This document shows, piece by piece, positions 9,216 to 19,200 of a stretch of DNA of 64,000 bases. The notes beneath the pieces are model-generated. The model was not told where the DNA came from and searched no databases. It saw only the letters and a program-made list of their open reading frames with translations. The DNA is from Taishania sp. Lineage in GTDB: Bacteria > Bacteroidota > Bacteroidia > Flavobacteriales_D > Crocinitomicaceae. Position numbers and translations under genes: made by a program. How positions within the stretch are numbered: position 1 is the first letter of the stretch; every line of letters starts with the position of its first letter. The stretch is taken from NCBI GenBank assembly GCA_036758285.1, contig DAIOWV010000006.1, positions 6,100 to 70,099 on the forward strand. The letters are read 5' to 3'.

Positions 9216-12200
9216 ATGAAAAAGGTAATCTTTACACTCGTCCTAACAACCCCATTAATATTTTTTGGGCAGAATCCAGGAGGGGTCAATAATTCGAATG
9301 CGAACTTACAACTTTGGTTAAAAGCAGATGTTGGAATCTCATTATCTGTGGATAAAGTAACTCAATGGAATGATCAATCAGGAAACAACAGACATCATTC
9401 ACAGACAGCAGATGCAAGAAGACCTTTGTATGTAAACAGTGGGGTAAATGCACTATACAACTTTAACCCTACAGTTGATTTTAAAAGGGCTAATACGAAC
9501 AGAATGGAAACTCCCAGCTTCCATTCTTCACTGACAAATTCGGTCTATCTTTTTGTAGTTTCAAGACTAAATACAGAATCTGGCTATGGTGGTGCGACCT
9601 GGCACACAACTTATAGCTTTAATGGGGACTGTATCCATTCCCACTGGTTTGGTATCAATACACGAATGCGTTTAACTTGTGCCGAAGATGCGGGAGCTAC
9701 TCTTAACCAAACTTTTGCATTAAATGCTTATATTTTGCCCAATGGCACCACTACTTCTGTTCCATCTCCAAGGGTAATTTGGAATGGCACACCAACAGAC
9801 GTCACTAAACGAAGCTACACCATGGCAAATAACACTTATACCATAGGTTGCGACAGAAATAACACTGATTATATGAATGGTGATATTGCAGAAGTTATTA
9901 TATATACAGGAAGTGCTGGCAATGCTGACATTAATATTTCCGATCTTCAAAAAATTCAGAGCTATCTGGCTTTAAAATATGGTATAACATTAGATACTTC
10001 ATTCCAACCCAATTACATAGACGCCAGTGGAAATAATATCTGGACAGGTGGAAGTAATATAGGATATCAAAATCATATTTTTGGTATTGGAAGAGATAAC
10101 GCTTCAGCCTTACATCAAAAAGTATCCCAGTCAATTAATGACAATTCGACGCTTATCATATCAACAAGTAACGACTTTACAGCTAATAACACTACAGGGA
10201 GAACAAATATAAATAATCAAACTTTTCTGATAGTAGGAGACAATAATCTGTCTACTGCTTATCGAAGTTTTAACTACACAGGATCAATCCATTCATCTAC
10301 AGTAAACAGCATTATGGATCGTGTATGGAAAGTTCAGGAAACTGGAGAGACAGGAACTATTTATCTAAAAAATAATAATCCATATTCTACCTATCTTATT
10401 GTTAGTAATGACCCTATCTTTGATGATAGTGACACCTGGATACCTTTAGATGAACACCAAAGTACTCCAGTAAATTTGATAAACGGTCAATATTTTACTT
10501 TTGGGGGATTTTCCATTGCTCCTGGGGGAGAATTAACAGGCTTAGAATTATGGCTAAAAGCGGACTCAGGAACAAATACAAAAATTAATAACGATCCGTT
10601 AACCTATTGGAATGATAATTCACCCAATAAAAACAATCATACTCAAAGTACAGCAAGTAATCAGCCTAGATATATAGAGCATGATTTCAACTATAATCCA
10701 TCCGTCTATTTTGATGGGTCAGATGCTATGATTACAAACTCCTTTGCTAATGGTCAGGAGGCTATTCATGTTTTCGCAATGTCAAAAGTAAATGATAATG
10801 GCTGGAGAAGTATTTATGGATTTGGAAGAGACGCAACACATGTACAATGGTACAACGGAGGAAGTGTAACCAAGCCTTCTGTCTGGACAGGTGTAAATCA
10901 GTATCCAATCAGCCTTGCTCTTGGAATAAACTATGGTGTAACGTCTCATATTCTTCCAAAAGACAGCCAACGTGTTATACACTGGAATGGAACCACTGGA
11001 AACATAGCTGGTACAAACAATTATACCTATAACTCAAATAAAATGGGAATAGGTTCTGATATAAGCAATGATGGAAGTTCACTTAGTGAAAGTATGCTTG
11101 GAAACATTGCTGAAGTAATTGTTTATAAAACAGGTATACCTGCTACTTCTGGCGGGCCAGTCAATACGAGCGTAATAGAAAAGATACAATCTTATCTGGC
11201 TATAAAATACGGAATGACCTTATCTACCAATTATAAGAATTCTTCTGGTACAACAGTTTTTTTAAACAACTTACCCTACAACAACAATATCATAGGTATC
11301 GCAGAGGATAAAATCACCTCTCTCCATCAAAAACAATCAAAAACTATTTCTGATTCTACAAGACTATACATAAGTACCTTATCCCCTTTAAACTCTTCAA
11401 ATACAGGTACATTCACATCGGACAAACAGTATTTAGTAATTGGAGATGATAATAAAGCGTTAAGAAATACTGTCATCGCTGATCTTGAAAAACCAGCAGG
11501 TATATTAGCAAGACTTGAACGTGAGTGGAAAGTAACAAACACCGATTTTGATGGCACTTTTAATATAGATCTACGACTTCAGGATACAATAAATTTAAGG
11601 GTAATCCATCTTGGGGAATTAGCCTTATTGGTAGATAATGATGGAAATTTCTCTAATGCCGATATTTACCATACAGTACATGGAATTACATTTTCGTATT
11701 CTCACCCTATTTTAACAGTAAGTGGTATCCCCACCTCAATAATACCTAAAAACAGTACGTGGTTTATCACAATTGGAAGAATGGATATGATTGTTCCGTT
11801 ATCAGCTAATTTAACACTATTTGAAGTTGTGAATATTAATAATAGATATGTCAACTTGTCATGGAACACCGCTTCTGAAATCAATAATGATTATTTTACA
11901 CTTGAACGCAGTTCTGGGGATTTAGTTTGGCAAAACATCGCCACAATAAATGGAGGTGGAAATTCATCAACATTATTAAAGTATAAACACAATGATTATC
12001 ACCCTCTAACTGGAATCTCATACTACCGAATAAAACAAACTGATTACGATGGGAATACCAATTATTCACCTATGAAAACCGTATTTTTTGAAACCAAAAA
12101 CCTCACCATCTATCCAAATCCAACAACGAAGTCAATAACAGTAGAAGGAGAGGATATCAATCTAGAAACTATTTATATTTTTAGTCCCCTTGGAGAAGAG

Positions 12201-12323
12201 ATTACTTACATGATTGATGTCATACAAGTAAATGAAAAAATAATGCTTGATTTATCAAAACTTGCTAGGGGAACTTATCTAGTCAAAGTAAATGGTATAA
12301 ATAATATTATATGTAAGCAATAA
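9216..12323 (+). CDS. Large T9SS type A cargo with two tandem LWLKAD (lectin/LamG-like) modules
   Basis: Signal peptide FFG|Q; two copies of PGG..L.LWLKAD..GxIAEVI.Y..KIQSYLA.KYG; WNTASEINNDYF Ig-like domain; IYPNPT CTD. Confidence 0.8.
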   Translation: MKKVIFTLVLTTPLIFFGQNPGGVNNSNANLQLWLKADVGISLSVDKVTQWNDQSGNNRHHSQTADARRPLYVNSGVNALYNFNPTVDFKRANTNRMETPSFHSSLTNSVYLFVVSRLNTESGYGGATWHTTYSFNGDCIHSHWFGINTRMRLTCAEDAGATLNQTFALNAYILPNGTTTSVPSPRVIWNGTPTDVTKRSYTMANNTYTIGCDRNNTDYMNGDIAEVIIYTGSAGNADINISDLQKIQSYLALKYGITLDTSFQPNYIDASGNNIWTGGSNIGYQNHIFGIGRDNASALHQKVSQSINDNSTLIISTSNDFTANNTTGRTNINNQTFLIVGDNNLSTAYRSFNYTGSIHSSTVNSIMDRVWKVQETGETGTIYLKNNNPYSTYLIVSNDPIFDDSDTWIPLDEHQSTPVNLINGQYFTFGGFSIAPGGELTGLELWLKADSGTNTKINNDPLTYWNDNSPNKNNHTQSTASNQPRYIEHDFNYNPSVYFDGSDAMITNSFANGQEAIHVFAMSKVNDNGWRSIYGFGRDATHVQWYNGGSVTKPSVWTGVNQYPISLALGINYGVTSHILPKDSQRVIHWNGTTGNIAGTNNYTYNSNKMGIGSDISNDGSSLSESMLGNIAEVIVYKTGIPATSGGPVNTSVIEKIQSYLAIKYGMTLSTNYKNSSGTTVFLNNLPYNNNIIGIAEDKITSLHQKQSKTISDSTRLYISTLSPLNSSNTGTFTSDKQYLVIGDDNKALRNTVIADLEKPAGILARLEREWKVTNTDFDGTFNIDLRLQDTINLRVIHLGELALLVDNDGNFSNADIYHTVHGITFSYSHPILTVSGIPTSIIPKNSTWFITIGRMDMIVPLSANLTLFEVVNINNRYVNLSWNTASEINNDYFTLERSSGDLVWQNIATINGGGNSSTLLKYKHNDYHPLTGISYYRIKQTDYDGNTNYSPMKTVFFETKNLTIYPNPTTKSITVEGEDINLETIYIFSPLGEEITYMIDVIQVNEKIMLDLSKLARGTYLVKVNGINNIICKQ

Positions 12324-12346
12324 ATTAATTTAACACATAAAAAATT

Positions 12347-13564
12347 ATGAAAACAAATCTATGCCTTATTTTTACACTTTTGTTTTGTACAGCTAATTTG
12401 TACAGCCAAGACTGTAGTGGAAATAGGTATTACCTGCCTATTTTTAGTCAAATTACGGAAGTTAATAACATTCAATATGGTTCTAACATTCAACACGATG
12501 GCGTTACTCCTGTAAACTTACTAGTTGATATCTATTACCCACAAAATGATACAGATACAGACAGACCTTTAATTATCCTTGCACATGGTGGTGGATTTGT
12601 TGAAGGAAATAAAAATAGTCTAACAAGTCAGTGTAGAGCATTAGCAAGTTTAGGTTATGTTACTGCTTCAATTCAATACCGATTGATAGATACTGATCTT
12701 ATTACACCTGCCAACATAGCTGTTGAGTTTCAAAAAGGTGTTATTAGAGCTGTACATGACATGAGAAGTGCTGTTCGTTTTTTCAGAAAATCAGTTGATG
12801 AAGGAGGAAATCCTTATGGAATAAACCCTAACATTATTATTGTTGGTGGCTTTTCTGCAGGTGCTGTGATGGCAAATCACACAACCTATTTAGATGACTT
12901 ATCTAAAATACCTACAGATGTTGAGAGCTTCACAATTAGTAATGGTGGAATAGAAGGTAATTCTGGTAATGATGGTTTTAGCAGCGTTCCTCAAATGAGC
13001 TTGAGCATGTGTGGTGCTATTGGCGACACATTAATGATAGAAGCTGGAGACCAACCGTTTTTAGGGATACACAATATCAATGACCCAACTGTTCCAAATT
13101 TAGCTGGCTATCCAAATATTGGATTTGTAATTCCAGTTATGCTTTATGGAGACTCATTAATACATAAACGAGCATTGAATGTTGGTGTAACAAGTACATA
13201 CATGAGTGTTCCAACATCTGGACATTGTGACTTCCCTGCTTCAACTGCAAATTTTATAATTGATTTTGTACATGACAACATTTGTACACAAAACTTATCG
13301 TTACAATCAAAAAATAGTTCAATCCTAGTCTCAATTTACCCCAATCCTTCGGATGATATTTTCTATATTGATGTACCTTCAAATAAATGGAATTGGGAAA
13401 TTTCAATTGTAAACTCGCTTGGAAAAACGATAGAACAAATCACAATGCAAGACAATCAAAATCTACTTAAAATTAATACATCAACATTTAATTCTGGAAT
13501 ATATTTAGTTAAACTTAGGTCTGAAAATGGTCAGGAGACGATTAAGAAATTAGTAATTAAATAA
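12347..13564 (+). CDS. T9SS-secreted alpha/beta hydrolase (carboxylesterase/lipase-like)
   Basis: HGGGF oxyanion motif, GFSAG nucleophile elbow, Asp (DPTV) and His (GH); CTD IYPNPS..GIYLV..KKLVIK. Confidence 0.85.
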   Translation: MKTNLCLIFTLLFCTANLYSQDCSGNRYYLPIFSQITEVNNIQYGSNIQHDGVTPVNLLVDIYYPQNDTDTDRPLIILAHGGGFVEGNKNSLTSQCRALASLGYVTASIQYRLIDTDLITPANIAVEFQKGVIRAVHDMRSAVRFFRKSVDEGGNPYGINPNIIIVGGFSAGAVMANHTTYLDDLSKIPTDVESFTISNGGIEGNSGNDGFSSVPQMSLSMCGAIGDTLMIEAGDQPFLGIHNINDPTVPNLAGYPNIGFVIPVMLYGDSLIHKRALNVGVTSTYMSVPTSGHCDFPASTANFIIDFVHDNICTQNLSLQSKNSSILVSIYPNPSDDIFYIDVPSNKWNWEISIVNSLGKTIEQITMQDNQNLLKINTSTFNSGIYLVKLRSENGQETIKKLVIK

Positions 13565-13671
13565 GATTAACATAAAACGAATTGTTTAATGTAATCTAAA
13601 GATTAAAGAAGAATTACCAACAATGCCGTAAATTAATTGAATAATCCTTATTTTCGCAGAAAAGTAAAAAT

Positions 13672-14151
13672 ATGATTCAACGAATTCAGTCAGTTTATTT
13701 ATTTGCAGTAATTGTCATGCTTTCAATTGTGAGTTTTTGGGGTGATTTCTTTGAAATAGTCACAGACGAAGCAAGATTTCGATTTAACTCATTTGGAATT
13801 TCAAAATTTACTTTAGATGGGAAAGTACTAATTTCACAAACATCAATACCAATCATAGTTATATCTATAGCTTTGATTGTTTTTACAGTTTTCATCTTGT
13901 TTAGCTACAAAAAACTAAACAAACAATTACAATATTCAAAGTTACTTTGGGGGTGTTATTTATTATTTTTAATTGGCATTGCTGTTTGGTTTTACTTAAT
14001 TGCACCAGGACAAACAACTGGGAAAATTCTTCACTCCAATTACTCATATGCATTTTACTTATTGGTTATTGGACTTCCTTGTACACATTTAGCATTTATC
14101 AATATAAGAAAAGATAAAAAAACAATTGATTCATTGAATAGATTGCGTTAA
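13672..14151 (+). CDS. DUF4293 family membrane protein
   Basis: N-terminal MIQRIQSVYL, C-terminal IRKD..IDSLNRLR, four hydrophobic segments. Confidence 0.8.
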   Translation: MIQRIQSVYLFAVIVMLSIVSFWGDFFEIVTDEARFRFNSFGISKFTLDGKVLISQTSIPIIVISIALIVFTVFILFSYKKLNKQLQYSKLLWGCYLLFLIGIAVWFYLIAPGQTTGKILHSNYSYAFYLLVIGLPCTHLAFINIRKDKKTIDSLNRLR

Positions 14152-14178
14152 TTAACATCATATTTTAATTTTTATCCA

Positions 14179-16047
14179 ATGAATTTCCTTTCTGCAGAAA
14201 ACATTACTAAATCTTTTGGTGATAGAGTCATTTTTCAAGACATCACTTTAGGGATAGATCAAGGTCAAAAAGTAGCAATTGTTGCTAAAAATGGTGCTGG
14301 AAAAACAACACTTTTACGTTGTCTTACAGGACTTGAAACCTTAGATGCTGGACGCGTGGTTTTCAGAAACGGAATCAATATGGTTTTCATGGAGCAAAGT
14401 GAAGATCTTAATCCTGAACATACAATTTTGCAGGAGGTTTTCTCACATGACTTACCCGAATTAAAAGCTATAAAAGACTACAACACTGCAACATTAATGA
14501 ATGATGATGAAGGTGTTCAGAAAGCATTTGAAAAAATTTCAGAATTAAATGCTTGGGATGTAGAAATACGAGTATCACAAATTTTATCTGTTTTAAATTT
14601 AAATGATACAAGTATTTCAATTTCAAACTTATCAGGGGGGCAAAAAAAACGAGTTGCTCTAGCAAAAGTTTTAATTGCTGAACCTGACTTCTTAATACTA
14701 GACGAACCAACAAACCACCTGGATTTAGACATGATTGAATGGCTAGAAGAATACCTTTCTAAGTCAAAATCAACCATATTAATGGTAACACATGATCGCT
14801 ATTTTTTGGAAGTAGTTTGTGATACCATTTTAGAACTAGACAATAAAACTTTATATCGTTACAAAGGTAATTTTTCTTACTTTTTAGAAAAAAAAGCCGA
14901 ACGAGAAGAGCAGTTTGAATCTACTGTAGAAAAAGCTAAAAATCAATTCAGAAAAGAGCTGGATTGGATGCGTCGTCAACCTAAAGCTAGAGGGACGAAA
15001 CAAAAAGCGAGGATTGAAGCTTTTCATGAAACAAAAAAGACAGCACATCAGCGCTTGGATAAAGACGAACTTGACATTCCTGTTAAAATGGAACGTCTTG
15101 GAACAAAAATTTTAGAAATCCATCGATTAGGAAAAGCATTTGGAGACAAACAAATATTAAATGATTTCTCCTATCTATTTAAAAGACAAGAGCGTGTTGG
15201 AATTGTAGGAAACAATGGTACAGGAAAGTCTACTTTTCTAAATATGATTTTAGAAAAAGAAAAAGTAGATAAAGGTAAAATTGTAGTTGGTGAAACGGTT
15301 GTCTTTGGTTATTACAATCAAGAACAGTTGGTAGTTGAAGATGACAAAAAAGTTATTGACGTAATTCGTGATGTAGCTGAGTTTATTCCTTTGGAAAAGG
15401 GGAGACAAATGTCCGCTGCTCATTTCTTAGAAAAATTCCTTTTCCCAAGAGATATGCATTATAACTTTGTGCATAAGCTTAGTGGAGGAGAAAAAAGAAG
15501 ATTAAAATTAATGACTGTTTTAATGCAGAATCCAAATTTTTTGATTCTAGATGAGCCAACAAATGACTTAGATATTTTCGTAATGAGCGTTTTAGAAGAT
15601 TATCTCCGCTCATTTGAAGGTTGTTTAATCGTTGTATCACATGATCGATATTTTATGGATAAAATGGTTGATCATCTTTTTGTTTTTACGGGTAATGGGG
15701 AAATTAAAGACATAATAGGAAACTATTCTGAATACCGTCAACAACAGAAAAAAAATAGTTCAGAAGAACGACAAGAAGAAAAAAAGTTACAAATTGAAAC
15801 AATTTCTGCTGAAGAAACTATTTCAAAAGAAAAGAAAAAACTCTCTTACAAAGAACAAAAAGAGTATGAATCGTTAGAAGGTGAAATCGAACAGCTTGAG
15901 GAGAAAAAAAATCAATTAACTGTTATTTTATCTTCTTCAGATAGTGATAATGAAACAATAATGAAAGCTGGAGAAGAATTAGGTTTAGTTGTTTCAGAAC
16001 TCGATGACAAAACAAATAGATGGCTCGAACTTTCTGAATTTATTTAA
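14179..16047 (+). CDS. ABC-F family ATPase (Uup/YfmR-like)
   Basis: Two nucleotide-binding domains (NGAGKTT/LSGGQ/LDEPTNHLD; NGTGKST/LSGGE/LDEPTNDLD), no TM segments, coiled-coil C-terminus. Confidence 0.92.
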   Translation: MNFLSAENITKSFGDRVIFQDITLGIDQGQKVAIVAKNGAGKTTLLRCLTGLETLDAGRVVFRNGINMVFMEQSEDLNPEHTILQEVFSHDLPELKAIKDYNTATLMNDDEGVQKAFEKISELNAWDVEIRVSQILSVLNLNDTSISISNLSGGQKKRVALAKVLIAEPDFLILDEPTNHLDLDMIEWLEEYLSKSKSTILMVTHDRYFLEVVCDTILELDNKTLYRYKGNFSYFLEKKAEREEQFESTVEKAKNQFRKELDWMRRQPKARGTKQKARIEAFHETKKTAHQRLDKDELDIPVKMERLGTKILEIHRLGKAFGDKQILNDFSYLFKRQERVGIVGNNGTGKSTFLNMILEKEKVDKGKIVVGETVVFGYYNQEQLVVEDDKKVIDVIRDVAEFIPLEKGRQMSAAHFLEKFLFPRDMHYNFVHKLSGGEKRRLKLMTVLMQNPNFLILDEPTNDLDIFVMSVLEDYLRSFEGCLIVVSHDRYFMDKMVDHLFVFTGNGEIKDIIGNYSEYRQQQKKNSSEERQEEKKLQIETISAEETISKEKKKLSYKEQKEYESLEGEIEQLEEKKNQLTVILSSSDSDNETIMKAGEELGLVVSELDDKTNRWLELSEFI

Positions 16048-16150
16048 CTCTTAACGAATATTACAAAGTATCATTACTTATTTATATAGATTGGATACGC
16101 TATAAAAAAGGTGCTAACAGCCTGAAAATATTTTTTTTAAATAAAAAATA

Positions 16151-16179
16151 TTGCTATTATAAAAATATTTCTACTTTTG
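16151..16179 (+). promoter_or_regulatory. Putative -33/-7 promoter of the adhesin-porP-porE operon
   Basis: TTG at 16151 and TACTTTTG at 16172-16179. Confidence 0.55.
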
Positions 16180-16279
16180 TCCTCGAAAACAAGAAGTTAA
16201 TGGTCTAATTCACAGAAAAAAGCTAACATTCTGCACCACAACCATACTTCCTTAATTTAGTTTTAACAAAACAAGTCTT

Positions 16280-19200
16280 ATGATTAAACGGCTATCCTTT
16301 TTTTGGTTGCAGACTTTTTTCGTCTGTTTTAGTACTTTTTTATTTAGTCAAAACACCTATTACTGGGTTGGTGATGCTGGTGATGGAGAATGGGGTTCTC
16401 CTGGAAACTGGTCCAATGTTTCAAATGGATCAGGAGGTTCTTATTTACTTCCTCCTTCTCCTGTTGATGATGTTGTATTTGATCATAACAGTTTCTCTGT
16501 AGGAAACAACATTGTTAGAACATCTGCTTTTTCTGGCGCTCTTTGTAGAAATATGACATGGACTAGTGGAGTTACAAACGCTCCTATTTTTGAAGAGCAT
16601 CCTGAAACACCATTTGTAATTCTTGGAAACCTTACATTACAGGCAAATGTTACTTTCAGAGCACAAATACTTTTTTCTGGGAATAATCCTGCTGTAATTA
16701 CCTCTAATGGATGCAGAATTGGTGGGAATATCTACATAGATAAGCCGAATACATTTGTTACACTAGCAGATAGTCTTATGTTATATCATGTGAGTGAAAC
16801 ACATGCTCGCACAGGTACAATCGTATTAAACAGAGGTACCTTTGATTTGAAAGGGAATAACATATATGCCAATGGTTTTTATTCAGATGGAAATGGAACA
16901 AGGCATATCAACATGCAAAATTCTATTATGCATTTCAGAAGTTCGACAATTGTACCAACTCTACCTAGATATCCTTATGATTACTATGAAAATTCATCTG
17001 GAACAATAACCAGTAGTAGTTATTGTTTTACATATATAGGGACAAACAAAACAGTTAATGCAGCAAATTCAACTGTTAGAATCGAATATCCATATAATGC
17101 TGTAAATATAAGTGGTGGTACACAATTAACATTTCATAATTTTGAACACATCAAATCATCAGCAACAACAGTTCCCAGTTCAACTTATTCAAATTCAATC
17201 ATAAATAAGATAACAATTGATGGGCCAGTTGCTCATAACATAAGTTCTACATCGGGTATTATTGATACTGTATTATGTGGAATAGATGGCATTCAACCCA
17301 ATTATTACAGATATGTGGGCGGTTCCGGAACAAGGTTTAAACGAATTGAATTCCGAGGAATTTATAACACTACCAGTTCAAGTTATTTTGATCAAGTAGC
17401 TGGTTCAAATTTGCAAGCTGATTCGATACTGTTTAACACAACTTCAAATGATCCCAATGCTGTCAATAAACATTACCTTTCTACAAGCGGAACCGGAACT
17501 CAGATTGGCTATGTATTTTTTAAATCAAGAGGTGTTATCGATGGAGCCAGTAACAATATAACTAAAACATATTTTGATAATCATGGTTATTTATCTGGAA
17601 ATAGTAACAGAATTCGCTTTTTAGAATACAATATCAATGGGTGGATGCATGGTACTGGAAACATAATGGATACACTAGTATTCTCGCCTGGGTATACTTA
17701 TCGTTTTGGTGTAGGAGTTAATAATACAGTCAACAAGAAATGGTATGCAAGTGGAAACCCTTGTTACTTCACAGAAGTATATAATGTCGGAGCAACTAGT
17801 ACTGCAACTATAACTGTCAATCAACTTGATCCTGCAGAATATGATTATATTCGCTTTTGGGGAGTAACAGCCGCTGGTTCTTCCGCTCCGATTCATGCAG
17901 GAGTTAGAAGTGTTGATATTGCAAACAATACAAATATTATTTTTGCTCCGTATGCACCGCTTTCACTTCTTTATCCTTTTGGTACAGATAGCCTTTCTGT
18001 TTGTTCTACAAACCTTCCAATTACTTTAAACACCAATGGATTTTATGGTAATACCAATACATCTTTTGTATGGCACGACGGATCCACTTTGGATAGCTTT
18101 GTTGTTAATAGCCCTGGAATATACACGGCTACAGCTAATTATGGGAGAAATTGTTATTACACAGCTTCTCTTACTGTTTTAGATCAACTATCCGTGAGTT
18201 TGGCTGAAAGCTCACCAGGCTCTTCAATTGTATGTGATCCATCAAATCCAACAGGAGAAATAACTGCAAACCCAATAGGTTACGGCAGTGGCCCGTATAC
18301 TTATTCATGGAACAGTGTACCTATACAAACAGGACAAACACTGACAGGCGTACCTGTAGGACAATACATAGTAACAGTCTCTGACACATCAGGTTGTTCT
18401 GCTACCGATACAACTAATATTATAGGTCCATCAACCAAATTGAATGTTGTAGCTTCTTCTATTTATCCTGATTGTGATCCTACCTCAGTTGGAACAGGAT
18501 ATATTTCTACTACTACAACAGGAGGTATAGCTCCCTACACCTATTCATGGAATACAACTCCTGTGCAAACGACAACTTATGCAGATCAATTAAATGATGG
18601 AGTTTATGAATTAGTTGTAACCGATTCTATTGGATGTATTTCAGACACATTAAGTTCTGTTGTACCGGTACAAACTGGTGCATTTACAAGTTCTGTTACG
18701 GTCGTTAATCCAACTGGGTGTAATACGACAGGAAGTGCTTCTACATCTGTAGTTGGAGGAACATCACCATTTCAATATGTTTGGTCAAATGATATAGCAG
18801 AGGTAAGTAATACCTCATCCAATATACCTATTGGAAATCACAATGTACTAATTGTAGATGCTAACAATTGTGCGAACAACAACCCCTTTACAATTATAAC
18901 TCCCGATAATATTGTTCCTGTTTTCAGTGGATGCCCATCAAACATCGTTTTATCAACTACAGGGTTTTGTGGTACGCCATATACATGGCCAGAACCTACA
19001 GCAACGGACAATTGTGGTACTGTAACAGTAACAAGAAGTCATAATCCAGGATATAATTTCCCGACAGGATTGACAACTGTTACTTATACAGCTACTGATT
19101 TATTTGGAAATCAGAGTACTTGTTCATTTACTGTAACAGTAAATGATACCGAAGGTCCTGTTTTTGCGTTATGTCCAAACAATATCACAATTACTGCCAA

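Noticed and set aside
13564..13597. dif-like or attC-like site after the esterase gene
   Set aside because: Only one arm resembles a XerD site, no RYYYAAC/GTTRRRY pair and no integrase; better explained as an imperfect hairpin
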